IMG/VR virus record: IMGVR_UViG_3300009156_000034
Span: 1 to 55,457 of that record
Direction: 5' to 3' (one strand)
DNA from: a virus
DNA length: 55,457 bases
The position numbers and the translations under genes were made by a program. The notes under the pieces are model-generated. The model was not told the origin of the DNA. It was given only the letters and a program-made list of their open reading frames with translations, and ran no database searches. Positions 6,405 to 14,581 of the stretch are shown here, in pieces; positions within the stretch are counted from its first letter, which is position 1; each line of letters begins with the position of its first letter.

Positions 6405-6911
6405 ATGATCATTTCAGCCTATGGCACACCTGCACCTCAAGGATCCAAGCGATTCATGGGTAAGACCAAGCTGGGCAAGGGGATCCTGCTGGAGGCATCG
6501 GACAAGACAACTCCGTGGCGAGCGGACATCATGACAGCAGCGAGGGGCGTCCTGGATGAACTGGGACGCCCCGAACCTATGGACGGGGCCATCATCGCCA
6601 GGATGGTGTTCAGCTTCGCCAGACCGAGCACGGTGAAGCGGGCTAAACGACCGTTCCCCTCGGTGTACCCGGACCTGAGCAAGCTGGTCCGAGCTACGGA
6701 GGACGCGCTCACGGCGGCGGGGGTGTGGCGTGACGATGCCCTGGTGGTGGAGTACACCCGTCTGGCCAAGGTCTACTGCAATGAAGATCCAGAAGCCTTG
6801 GATCGGCCAGGGGTTCTGATCATCCTGTTGCCTTTGGTAGACTTGGTTCCAGTGGGAGGGACCCCTCCCCCAACAGTAAACGGAGACCTTAACCATGAAC
6901 GAAGAGACTGA
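6405..6911 (+). CDS. rusA: RusA-like Holliday junction resolvase
   Basis: MIISAYGTPAPQGSKR..PDLSKLVRATEDALTAAGVWRDDALVV matches the RusA pattern (PxGxxR near the N-terminus; D..KL..A..DAL...GV..DD). I chose the internal ATG; the longest ORF begins at 6342. Confidence 0.7.
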   Translation: MIISAYGTPAPQGSKRFMGKTKLGKGILLEASDKTTPWRADIMTAARGVLDELGRPEPMDGAIIARMVFSFARPSTVKRAKRPFPSVYPDLSKLVRATEDALTAAGVWRDDALVVEYTRLAKVYCNEDPEALDRPGVLIILLPLVDLVPVGGTPPPTVNGDLNHERRD

Positions 6912-7707
6912 GAGGCGACCTGGCAGGCTTCTGCTCTGGGTCGCCTTCGTCTTGCTCCTCCTGGCGGTCCTCATTTTCAGCATGGCCATCGCCGCCCTGT
7001 TACCGAGCAAGATGGCGTACGCGCATCCGAGTGAACAGAGCGCCCCAGTCGCCACCACGGTGGCTGACCTGGCACCGCTACCACTGGCTGTGGCCGTGTC
7101 TACGGCGGCACGCCCCGGTGAGGGCGTCATCCGCATCACCACCAGAGTCTGTGGGAACGCCAACAACTGGCAGTCGGTGGCTGCCACCAACGGGATCAGA
7201 CCACCGGTCTACCTGGTGCTCCTGGGGCAGGTATTGTCCGTGCCATGTGTTGGGGGGTCTGCCCCTAGCGCACAGGTCCAGCCCTCGCCGCAGACCGGCA
7301 CTGGAGCAGTATCCGGGGGCTGGACCGCCCCGGTTCGGGCCTGCATCGTCAGTGGATACGGGATGCGCTGGGGCCGGATGCACTGGGGCGTGGATCTGTC
7401 AGCCGGCTACGGAGTACCCATCAGGGCCGCTGCGGCTGGCACAGTGTCAACGAGCTGGCAGAGCGGTGCCGGCAACTACACCACCATCAACCACGGTGGT
7501 GGGCTCTACACCGTGTACATGCACCAGTCCTCGTACGCCGTCAGGTCGGGCTGGGTGGGGGCAGGGCAGACCATTGGCTACGTCGGTGCCACCGGTAACG
7601 CCTCGGGTCCGCACCTGCACTTCGAGGTCCACACCGGGGGACTATGGAACGGCAAGGTGAACCCGGTTCCGTTCATGGCTAACCGAGGCGTCCGTCTCGG
7701 TTGCTGA
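6895..7707 (+). CDS. Membrane-anchored M23 (LytM-type) peptidase with a LysM-like segment
   Basis: N-terminal TM LLLWVAFVLLLLAVLIFSMAIAALL. LysM-like NNWQSVAATNGIRPPVYLVLLGQVLSVP. M23 motifs HWGVDL and GPHLHFEV. Confidence 0.8.
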   Translation: MNEETERRPGRLLLWVAFVLLLLAVLIFSMAIAALLPSKMAYAHPSEQSAPVATTVADLAPLPLAVAVSTAARPGEGVIRITTRVCGNANNWQSVAATNGIRPPVYLVLLGQVLSVPCVGGSAPSAQVQPSPQTGTGAVSGGWTAPVRACIVSGYGMRWGRMHWGVDLSAGYGVPIRAAAAGTVSTSWQSGAGNYTTINHGGGLYTVYMHQSSYAVRSGWVGAGQTIGYVGATGNASGPHLHFEVHTGGLWNGKVNPVPFMANRGVRLGC

Positions 7708-7714
7708 GTAGGCC

Positions 7715-7788
7715 CCTGTGGGTGGGCGTGGTGCCTGGAGATGTGCCAGGACAGGTCCCTTGCAACCTTATGAATCACCACCCACAGG
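7715..7788. promoter_or_regulatory. 11-bp inverted repeat in an intergenic region
   Basis: CCTGTGGGTGG (7715-7725) pairs with CCACCCACAGG (7778-7788). An inner CCTGG/CCAGG pair is also present. Lies in the 102-nt gap between the M23 gene and the next gene. Confidence 0.35.
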
Positions 7789-7809
7789 CCAACCAAAGGA
7801 AGGATCTAC

Positions 7810-8037
7810 ATGGGAGCAGTAAACAAAACGGCGTCAGCGATTGCCTACTGTGAGACTCACCGGAAGCTGCTGTACACCGACCGGAAACGAGCACGGGCAG
7901 TAGCTCGCCAGCACCCGGAGCACAAGAACGTGTACCCGTGTGACGCCAGCGAGGACATGTACCACATCGGCCGGCTGCCGGATGCAGTCCGGCACGGTCA
8001 CGTCACCAAAGATGAGTTCTATGGGAGGGCTTCATGA
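7810..8037 (+). CDS. Hypothetical protein (75 aa)
   Basis: RBS AAGGAAGGATCTAC before the ATG; the downstream gene is ATGA-coupled. Confidence 0.6.
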   Translation: MGAVNKTASAIAYCETHRKLLYTDRKRARAVARQHPEHKNVYPCDASEDMYHIGRLPDAVRHGHVTKDEFYGRAS

Positions 8038-8237
8038 CCACAGAACACGGCAACTGGACCCCGGTGTATCACGAGTGGCCATCAGAGTCATCGCCCGAAT
8101 ACCAGGACGGGCTAGGCACCAGTTGGGCACCATCATTCACTCGGGTTGGTCGTGGCCGGGATGTAGCCATCAAGGCCATTTACTTGATGGTGGCCCTACT
8201 CATTGGTGGCCTGGTTCTGTCGGCGGTGCTGCCGTGA
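8034..8237 (+). CDS. Small C-terminally anchored membrane protein (67 aa)
   Basis: C-terminal hydrophobic helix AIKAIYLMVALLIGGLVLSAVL. Confidence 0.55.
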   Translation: MTTEHGNWTPVYHEWPSESSPEYQDGLGTSWAPSFTRVGRGRDVAIKAIYLMVALLIGGLVLSAVLP

Positions 8238-8494
8238 GGTGTCGTAACTGTGGCCTACTGGGGCACAAGACTCAGGTGTGCCCCAGGTACGGTCCCTGGT
8301 ACCCGGAACCCGGCAAGACGAAAGAGGATTACGCCAAGGAGGCGGAACGCATCGCCAACCTGGTGGCCGCTGATGTCATAGCCGAGCACGAGGGCCACGA
8401 GCTTCAAGAAACCTATCCAGCGGAGAACTACCCGTCACTGAGAAAGCCGAGGAGGAAGAAGAGTGGCACAGGAGGACATCCAGATCCTGCATGA
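8234..8494 (+). CDS. CCHC zinc-knuckle protein (86 aa)
   Basis: GTG start overlapping the upstream stop (GTGA). The N-terminus VRCRNCGLLGHKTQVCPRY fits C-x2-C-x4-H-x4-C. The longest ORF starts at 7940 but would overlap two other genes. Confidence 0.5.
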   Translation: MRCRNCGLLGHKTQVCPRYGPWYPEPGKTKEDYAKEAERIANLVAADVIAEHEGHELQETYPAENYPSLRKPRRKKSGTGGHPDPA

Positions 8495-8747
8495 CACCTA
8501 CGCTGCCCTCCAACGGGCTCAGCTTGAGCGGGAGAAGCAGCTCCGGTCAACCGAGCGGGAGGCTGCCGGCCGGGTGGTGGAGTCGTACGGGAAGCGCAAC
8601 GGGTGGCCGGAGCAGGACATTACCGAGGTTCGGTGCGCCCTGGGGCTAGGTGGTGATGAGTGTCAGTCCTGCGGGAAGCCGTTCGACATGATCCGGTACC
8701 GCTACCTGTGCCCCCACTGCAAGACCAAGAACACGTGCTGTGAGTGA
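8463..8747 (+). CDS. Hypothetical protein with a C-terminal Cys4 ribbon (94 aa)
   Basis: GTG after GGAGGAAGAAGA. C-terminus CQSCGKPFDMIRYRYLCPHCKTKNTCC. Confidence 0.55.
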   Translation: MAQEDIQILHDTYAALQRAQLEREKQLRSTEREAAGRVVESYGKRNGWPEQDITEVRCALGLGGDECQSCGKPFDMIRYRYLCPHCKTKNTCCE

Positions 8748-8753
8748 GGTCCT

Positions 8754-8996
8754 ATGCCAGGAGTGAAGTACCGGATGCGCTGTCTGGGTAAGCAGGTCTG
8801 GACTGATGGCAAGCTGACTGGCCAGATTCCTGGGTGTGGCTGGAGAGGCGTCCGTACGGACCATATCGAGTGCGAATGCTATGACCTGTATGCCTACTAT
8901 TGCAGAGCCCTGACGCCCGGCCCAGGTTGCCCACGCGGCATCAACTGGCCATGCCCTCGGTGCAAGGGCGCAGTTACCGGGAAACCGGTTGAATAA
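8754..8996 (+). CDS. Cys-rich hypothetical protein (80 aa)
   Basis: ORF with 11 Cys, including CPRCKG. It is the last gene of the left arm. Confidence 0.55.
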   Translation: MPGVKYRMRCLGKQVWTDGKLTGQIPGCGWRGVRTDHIECECYDLYAYYCRALTPGPGCPRGINWPCPRCKGAVTGKPVE

Positions 8997-9329
8997 CTAG
9001 AGGCCGTTACCGGGTATCCGGTAGCGGCCTCGATTCGTATGCGGCTCCAGTGACTCCCACATGGGCTCCGGGACATCCTTCTCGGTCAGACCCACGGCGT
9101 AGAAGCAGTCGACAGCCAGCTTCATGGCCCGCTTGTGAGCCCACCACTGGTCCCGAGCGGACACGGTGAACGCGAATGACAGCCGGCCGAAGGGTTGCCC
9201 GGTCACCTCTGGCTCGTTGTACCACCAGAACTTTTCACAGGCGTGCTGGAGCATGGTCTTGATGTCGTCGTGCCCGTCACCGATCCAGGGCTTGGGGTAC
9301 TCGTACACGTACCTACGATGGGTGGTCAT
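8997..9329 (-). CDS. Hypothetical protein (110 aa)
   Basis: Last ORF of the late block, downstream of the lysis genes. Confidence 0.6.
   Translation of the reverse strand: MTTHRRYVYEYPKPWIGDGHDDIKTMLQHACEKFWWYNEPEVTGQPFGRLSFAFTVSARDQWWAHKRAMKLAVDCFYAVGLTEKDVPEPMWESLEPHTNRGRYRIPGNGL
9000..9031. terminator. Hairpin at the convergence point of the left arm and the late block
   Basis: GAGGCCGTTACCGG-GTAT-CCGGTAGCGGCCTC forms a 14-bp stem with one G-T pair. T-rich sequence follows on both strands. It overlaps the 3' end of the minus-strand gene. Confidence 0.5.
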
Positions 9330-9642
9330 CTTTCCAGGGAACCTCCGTCTTGTCCGGCTCTGGTGGCTTCACCTGGAGCGCCAGCCCGGTGACCGTTGAT
9401 TGCAGCTCTTGGATCATCTTCAGGAGCTTGTCCTGGTTGCCGTTGGACGCCTCCTTCACCTGATCCATCTTCTGGTAGATGGCCACCCCCAACGCAGCGA
9501 GCACGGGGACGGCGAGCAGTCCAGCCAGGGTGATGACGACGGTGATGTCCTTGTTGTTGAGCGACAGCACCACCGTCCCCGCCAGCAGGACAATGATGAT
9601 GGTGACTGAGGCCCAGATGGCGTGAGGATTCTTCACCGGCAT
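9313..9642 (-). CDS. Holin-like membrane protein (109 aa)
   Basis: Two hydrophobic helices (IWASVTIIIVLLAGTVVL and VVITLAGLLAVPVLAALGVAIY) plus a charged coiled-coil tail. Sits immediately downstream of the endolysin. Confidence 0.5.
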   Translation of the reverse strand: MPVKNPHAIWASVTIIIVLLAGTVVLSLNNKDITVVITLAGLLAVPVLAALGVAIYQKMDQVKEASNGNQDKLLKMIQELQSTVTGLALQVKPPEPDKTEVPWKDDHPS

Positions 9643-9667
9643 GATCCAATGTTAGAGCAAAATGATC

Positions 9668-10453
9668 TCAGGTACCGAGTTTGGTCCGGTCCAGTTCTTC
9701 ACGAACAATGGCACGGACCTGTGCGGCGGTGAGCCCGCCACCACCGGTTCCCGAAGTAACCGCCTGCCGGATGGTCTCAATCTTCCCGGCCTCACTGTCC
9801 GGAGGCCGTGGAGCTGAGTCAAGGGTGAAGAACAGGAAATGTAGATCCTTGATCCACTGCTTTGTTTCGGCGTCCATGTCGTCTCCTGTGAGTAGTGCCA
9901 TGAAGTAGTCCCATGGGAAATTGGAGCCAGGATCCGTGTGGTCCGTGACGTTGAAGGCTTCCCGCAGGTCATTGTGTGAGGTGATCCCTGGGACCCATGC
10001 CTTCAGTTCGGCCACAGTCCGCTTCACCAATGGGATCCCGTACTTGGCCGCATCGCTGCGGATGATCGGCACCATCCGGTTGAACATTGCCACCCCGAAC
10101 GGGTCCAGCCATTGCTCCCGGGTCTGTGCTGCAAACCCGCACAGTTCCCAGTTGATGCCCCTGTTGTTCCCGGGCCGATTGCCTACAGTCCAGGCTGAGT
10201 TACGTAGCAGCACGCACTGGATGATGCTGTTGTCGTCGGCGGTGTAGTGCGAGGAGACGGAGCGGCCACCAGCTCCGGTGGCGAAGTAGTTGGCGGTCCA
10301 TTCCGCACAGTCAGGAGATTCAACCTTCTCCATATCGTGGATGACGACCCAGAGCGGGATGCCGTCCGGTCGTCCGATGGTGTACATCGGGCCACCGGTC
10401 GAGGTGCGGGCCTCGATGAACTGGAGTTCAGGGTGATCCGGGCTCTGCGTCAT
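9668..10453 (-). CDS. Endolysin, N-acetylmuramoyl-L-alanine amidase (amidase_2/PGRP type)
   Basis: WVVIHDME..AEWTANYF..SVSSHYTADDNSIIQCV..AWTVGN..NNRGINWELCGF follows the amidase_2 pattern. The ATG at 10453 is preceded by GGAGGACGACG; the longest ORF reaches 10501. Confidence 0.75.
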   Translation of the reverse strand: MTQSPDHPELQFIEARTSTGGPMYTIGRPDGIPLWVVIHDMEKVESPDCAEWTANYFATGAGGRSVSSHYTADDNSIIQCVLLRNSAWTVGNRPGNNRGINWELCGFAAQTREQWLDPFGVAMFNRMVPIIRSDAAKYGIPLVKRTVAELKAWVPGITSHNDLREAFNVTDHTDPGSNFPWDYFMALLTGDDMDAETKQWIKDLHFLFFTLDSAPRPPDSEAGKIETIRQAVTSGTGGGGLTAAQVRAIVREELDRTKLGT

Positions 10454-10572
10454 CGTCGTCCTCCACCCAGGGCTCAGCACCAGGTTCCACCTGGTCGTCA
10501 TCAGGTGGCGTGCTCAGGTCCTCCTGGCTGCCTGCGTGGCCAACCTCTACCTCATCGGGCTCGCCCATGGGC

Positions 10573-11238
10573 TCAGTATGTCAGCAGGTCATCCAAAGTA
10601 TCTATGTCGTCACCGTGCCCAGGTAGACCGCTGGTGTTGCCCCGTAGCCCTGCACGGGTCTGGTGATGCACCCAGTACCAGGACCGCCGCTTCAGGTGGA
10701 CGATCTTGGCTCCGGCCTCCATGCACCCGATCGTGAAGTACCTGTCCTCGCCGGAGTTCTGGTCATGACCCCTGTTCAATGCCTTGAAGCCAACTTCTTT
10801 GGCCAATTCGGTACGCACCAGGGTGGTGATGGTGGTCTCGATCGGGTTCTCCGGATCCCAGTCGTTCAGGTAGTGGGTGGGTGGGAAGACTGGGTCTTCC
10901 TCCCACACCTTGGTGCGTCCGTCCGAGAACTCTTGGAGCACCTTGAACCAGGAGTACACGAAGTCGGCCCCGGTCTCCAGGGCGTGCTTGATCAGCCACT
11001 CCAGGTGTTTGGGCATGAAGGCGTCATCGGAGTCCAGGAACGCCACCCAATCGGTCTGAGCCATCATCAGGGCTCGCTGACGGGTGGGTGCAGCACCTTC
11101 CTTGTCCACATCCACGGCAATGCAGTGAGCGTCCGGTAGGACGGTCTGGTCCCCCACCGACTTGCTCGCCCGGAGCAGGCGGCCGTTGCGCATCCGGGCT
11201 GGGTGCGTCGGTGTCACCACTGAGATTGTTGGCCTCAT
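10573..11238 (-). CDS. Family-2 (GT-A) glycosyltransferase
   Basis: ISVVTPTHPAR near the N-terminus and the DxD motif FLDSDDAF. Confidence 0.75.
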   Translation of the reverse strand: MRPTISVVTPTHPARMRNGRLLRASKSVGDQTVLPDAHCIAVDVDKEGAAPTRQRALMMAQTDWVAFLDSDDAFMPKHLEWLIKHALETGADFVYSWFKVLQEFSDGRTKVWEEDPVFPPTHYLNDWDPENPIETTITTLVRTELAKEVGFKALNRGHDQNSGEDRYFTIGCMEAGAKIVHLKRRSWYWVHHQTRAGLRGNTSGLPGHGDDIDTLDDLLTY

Positions 11239-11918
11239 CGGTCTGGCCTCCCGGTCTTACCCACCAACCACCCATCATGATGGATCGCGGTCACCTGCGG
11301 CACGAACACTCCCCGGAGGCCGGCTGCACGCCAGTCCCGGACCAGGCGGTGATCGGCGGCATTCTCCCCGTTGGCTGACCAGTTGGCCACCTGGAGGGCG
11401 TCCTTGTGACACATGATCCCGCCAGCGTCTAGGTGTCCCAGCTCGTAGCTCTCGTCCCCGATGATGTTCCAGAACGTCCCATTGCCCCGGAACTCCACCT
11501 GGCTCACCGACCACATGGCCTCGGCCTCCTGCATGGCCGCAACGTGGGTACTGACGTGGTGGGGCAGGAGTTCGTCATCGTCCCCGATGAAGCCGACGAA
11601 CTCACCCAGCGCCAGGAGGGAGCCCACGTACCAGGGGATGGCACCGACACTGGCCTCGGTGGTGGGGTTGCGCCAGGACTCATTGATTTCCACGAACCGG
11701 ATGTGGTCGTTGGGGCCTTCATTGATCAATACCCGCCTGAGGTACGGGTTGCGGTCGCTGACAATTACATGTTCAACGGCTGACCAGTCCTGATCAGCCA
11801 CGGACACAAGGCAGCGATCAATGAGCACCTTCTCACGGCCAGGAAACGTAGGGGTCACGATTGATACGAGCGGATCATCCAAGGTCTGCCTCCACCATGG
11901 TGTTAACGAGTGACTCAA
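11235..11918 (-). CDS. Family-2 (GT-A) glycosyltransferase
   Basis: VSIVTPTFPGRE and GFIGDDDELL. The start is uncertain; TTG at 11882 after GGAGG would reduce the overlap with the upstream gene. Confidence 0.7.
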   Translation of the reverse strand: MSHSLTPWWRQTLDDPLVSIVTPTFPGREKVLIDRCLVSVADQDWSAVEHVIVSDRNPYLRRVLINEGPNDHIRFVEINESWRNPTTEASVGAIPWYVGSLLALGEFVGFIGDDDELLPHHVSTHVAAMQEAEAMWSVSQVEFRGNGTFWNIIGDESYELGHLDAGGIMCHKDALQVANWSANGENAADHRLVRDWRAAGLRGVFVPQVTAIHHDGWLVGKTGRPDR

Positions 11919-12753
11919 ACTCTTGTCGAGGTTCCCAGTTCAGTCGAGGGTCCGGGGTAGCTGAAAGCACCTCAACGTCAGTGACGTTACCGATGTCGGG
12001 GTTTTCCCACACATAGTCCCGCCAGTACAGGCCGACACATTCAAAGGCAAACTCGACCCATTCCTCAACAGAGTGGGGCTCACCCGTGGACATGACGTAG
12101 TTGTCCGGGGGCAGGGTAGCCAGGCGTGGGAGCACGGTCACGAAGTCTGTGGCCCAGCCCCAGTCCTGCTTGCGGTGCAGTGACCCGAGCTGAAGTGAGC
12201 CCTGCGTCCCCTTCACGATGCCGGCCACCGCTTTGGTGACCTTGCGACTGAAGAAGGATTCTCCCCGGCGAGGGGAGTGGTGCCCTCCGAACACGGCGCA
12301 GGAGACGTGCAGGCCCCGGTTGCGGTAGTCGTCAGCGACCGTCTGGGCAAAGAGCTTGGCGGCACCGTACGGGCCGTGGTGGGCGATGGTGGACGCCTGG
12401 ACCACCCGAGCCTCCGGGCACTGGGTCCGTACCGCCTCGAATAGCCTCAGCGCCCCGAGCCCGGTCACCTCGGTGGTGAGTACCGGCTGCTGCCAGGCTA
12501 GGCCGGGAGAGGAGATGGCCCCCAGGTTGTACACCTCGTCCGGCTTGACCTGTGCCAGAGCGGCGTTGAGGGACTGCTGATCCAGCAGGTCACCCAGGAC
12601 CAGGTTGATCCCGGGTGCGGTCGCCTCTAGCCACTCCCGGCGTGGATTGTCCTGGCCTCGGAGTAGACCCCAGACCTCGTGCCCTTGCTTCAGGAGATGC
12701 TCAGCCAGGTAGCTGCCATCCTGGCCGGTGACTCCAGTGATCAGGGATCTCAT
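11875..12753 (-). CDS. gmd: GDP-mannose 4,6-dehydratase-like short-chain dehydratase (shortened form)
   Basis: MRSLITGVTGQDGSYLAEHLL, PDEVYNLGA, YGAAK (YxxxK) and GGHHSPRRGESF are the signature blocks of GMD. The ATG overlaps the upstream stop (TAATG). Confidence 0.8.
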   Translation of the reverse strand: MRSLITGVTGQDGSYLAEHLLKQGHEVWGLLRGQDNPRREWLEATAPGINLVLGDLLDQQSLNAALAQVKPDEVYNLGAISSPGLAWQQPVLTTEVTGLGALRLFEAVRTQCPEARVVQASTIAHHGPYGAAKLFAQTVADDYRNRGLHVSCAVFGGHHSPRRGESFFSRKVTKAVAGIVKGTQGSLQLGSLHRKQDWGWATDFVTVLPRLATLPPDNYVMSTGEPHSVEEWVEFAFECVGLYWRDYVWENPDIGNVTDVEVLSATPDPRLNWEPRQEFESLVNTMVEADLG

Positions 12754-13961
12754 TACAGCAGTACCGGTGCTGGGATCGGTACCAGCCAACGGCCACCCTG
12801 AGAAGCGAACAGGGTCTCCTGCTTCATCACCTCAGCCAGGTAGTTCCACACGAACATCACGTACACGTCGGGGGCTCGTGAGTCCGCTGACGGGGAGATG
12901 ATCGGGATTCCGGTGCCGGGGGTGTAGCGCCCGTGCTTGGTGGGGGTGGTGTCCACCATGTACTGGATCAGGTCAGGGGTGATGCCGCACCAGTTGAGCA
13001 GGGTGGTGGACTTGGCACTGGCCCCGTAGCCGGCCACTCGTTTCCCCTCGTACTTGTACTGGAACAGCATGTCCCGTAGCCGCTGCCGGATCCGGTCAGC
13101 ACGCCCTTGCAACCCGTCCAGGCAGTGTTCCTGGTTCAGCCAGTGCTCCTCCCGGAGCAGTTGGTTGACACTGTGATCCCAGTACCGGTTTCGCTTGATG
13201 ACCACCCGCAGCGAGCCACCTTGAGCATTGACCTGCTGCACCGAGGCAGGGGCCAACTCGTGGCGGGCGAGGATGTTCTTCAGGGAGGTGAGGGAGAAGA
13301 ACTGGCGGTGCTCGTGATAGACGTGGTCAATCTGGTTGCCGGTGATCAGGTCCACCACGTACTGGAACTCCACAATGGCCACACCGTAGGGGTGCAGCAC
13401 CAGCGACAGGCCCTCCACGAAGTCGTTTAGGTCAGCGACGTGGGCGATGACGTTGTTGGCAATGACCACGCCATGTTGCCCGTAGTTCTCCACGATGCGG
13501 CGGGCGGCCTCGGCTCCGAAGGACTCATGCCACACCTCAAGGCCGCTCTCGTGAGCCTTGGCTACGGGTCCAGCGGCTGGGTCAATGCCCAGTGACGGGT
13601 AGCCAGCCTCCTGGAAATGCTTGAGCATGGTGCCGTCGTTGCAGGCGATCTCCAGAACACCCATGCGAGCGATCCGGGGGAACGCCTTCATCACCCATTC
13701 GGCGTACGCCTTCTGGTTCTGCACCGCCACCCACGAGCTGCCGGTGTAGAAGCCGTAGTCGCCGGCCCACAGTTCCTCGTCCGGCACCACCTCAGTGAGC
13801 TGGATCAGGCCACAGCTATAGCAGCGAGCCAGACCCAGCGGGTACCACGTCTGCTCCACGTCAGGGCTGGTGGGGAAGTCGTCAGCCAGCGGGGAACTGC
13901 CGAGGTTCAGGACTTCAACCAGGGCATCATCCAGGCAGCTAGCACAATGGGTGCGTTTCAT
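12753..13961 (-). CDS. NDP-hexose C-methyltransferase-like enzyme (Zn ribbon, SAM-MTase and C-methyltransferase C-terminal domain)
   Basis: N-terminal CASC..CYSCGLIQL, SAM motif VLEIACNDG, NVIAHVADLN and HVYHEHRQFFS resemble TylC3/EvaC-type sugar C-methyltransferases. The ATG at 13961 overlaps the upstream stop (ATGA). Confidence 0.7.
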   Translation of the reverse strand: MKRTHCASCLDDALVEVLNLGSSPLADDFPTSPDVEQTWYPLGLARCYSCGLIQLTEVVPDEELWAGDYGFYTGSSWVAVQNQKAYAEWVMKAFPRIARMGVLEIACNDGTMLKHFQEAGYPSLGIDPAAGPVAKAHESGLEVWHESFGAEAARRIVENYGQHGVVIANNVIAHVADLNDFVEGLSLVLHPYGVAIVEFQYVVDLITGNQIDHVYHEHRQFFSLTSLKNILARHELAPASVQQVNAQGGSLRVVIKRNRYWDHSVNQLLREEHWLNQEHCLDGLQGRADRIRQRLRDMLFQYKYEGKRVAGYGASAKSTTLLNWCGITPDLIQYMVDTTPTKHGRYTPGTGIPIISPSADSRAPDVYVMFVWNYLAEVMKQETLFASQGGRWLVPIPAPVLL

Positions 13962-14581
13962 TTCGGACCCCACTTCGCCTGGTAGTACGCCTCAGCCTGT
14001 TGCCACTCAGTCTGACTGTCCTTCGACTTAAAGCCGAGCACGGTGTGGTGGAAGGTGTCAACATCAGCGACCACGACGCGTCTCTGGTACCCCCTGGCCT
14101 TCCGGCAAATGCCTACGTCGTAGCCATGGAACCCGGGTTGTGGGTCGAACCTGAGGAACCGGATGGCCCACGGGGAGAAGACCAGGATGCTGCCCTCTAG
14201 GGCGTCGACATCCCCGCTCCGCTCCCCGAAGTCAATCATCTGGGTCTCGATCTGCTGGTGCCCTACCGTGTCCCCGTTCCACCAAGCCAAGCCAGGAATG
14301 CCACGAGCGCCAGCCACTCCCACTAGTGCCACTTCCGGGTCCTTCAGGACCTCCAGGAACTTGGCCTCAGCATCCGGATCGATGATCTCCAGATCATCGT
14401 GGAGCAGAATCAAGGCGTCCAGGTCCTGGGGGAGACACAGGGTAAGGATCTTGTTGTAGACGGCGGCGATGGAATTGTGCCCTGAAAGGGCGAAGCAAGG
14501 ACCCTTTCTCCCTGCTGCCGGTAACACGTACCGGTAGAACCGGTCCCAGTCACCGACGCAGCAACCGTAGGCAATCATCAA
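13958..14581 (-). CDS. Putative GT-A-like glycosyltransferase (207 aa)
   Basis: The DxD-like LLHDDLEI and its position inside the sugar cluster are the only evidence, so this is a weak call. Confidence 0.45.
   Translation of the reverse strand: MMIAYGCCVGDWDRFYRYVLPAAGRKGPCFALSGHNSIAAVYNKILTLCLPQDLDALILLHDDLEIIDPDAEAKFLEVLKDPEVALVGVAGARGIPGLAWWNGDTVGHQQIETQMIDFGERSGDVDALEGSILVFSPWAIRFLRFDPQPGFHGYDVGICRKARGYQRRVVVADVDTFHHTVLGFKSKDSQTEWQQAEAYYQAKWGPK

Noticed and set aside
6414-7190. 258-aa minus-strand ORF opposite RusA and the M23 peptidase. Similar long antisense ORFs occur at 22981..23706, 28620..29345, 31182..31883, 38379..39209 and 43283..44026.
   Set aside because: These are typical high-GC shadow ORFs. 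They are Arg/Pro/Gly/Ser-rich with no motifs or RBS, and each lies opposite a gene with clear family signatures.
10428-10568. 46-aa highly acidic ORF (MGEPDEVEVGHAGSQEDLSTPPDDDQVEPGAEPWVEDDDDAEPGSP) in the gap between a glycosyltransferase and the endolysin
   Set aside because: It starts 4 nt after the upstream stop, which is suggestive. However, it overlaps the endolysin start by 26 nt, has only moderate GC3 and carries no motif, so the evidence is insufficient to call it.
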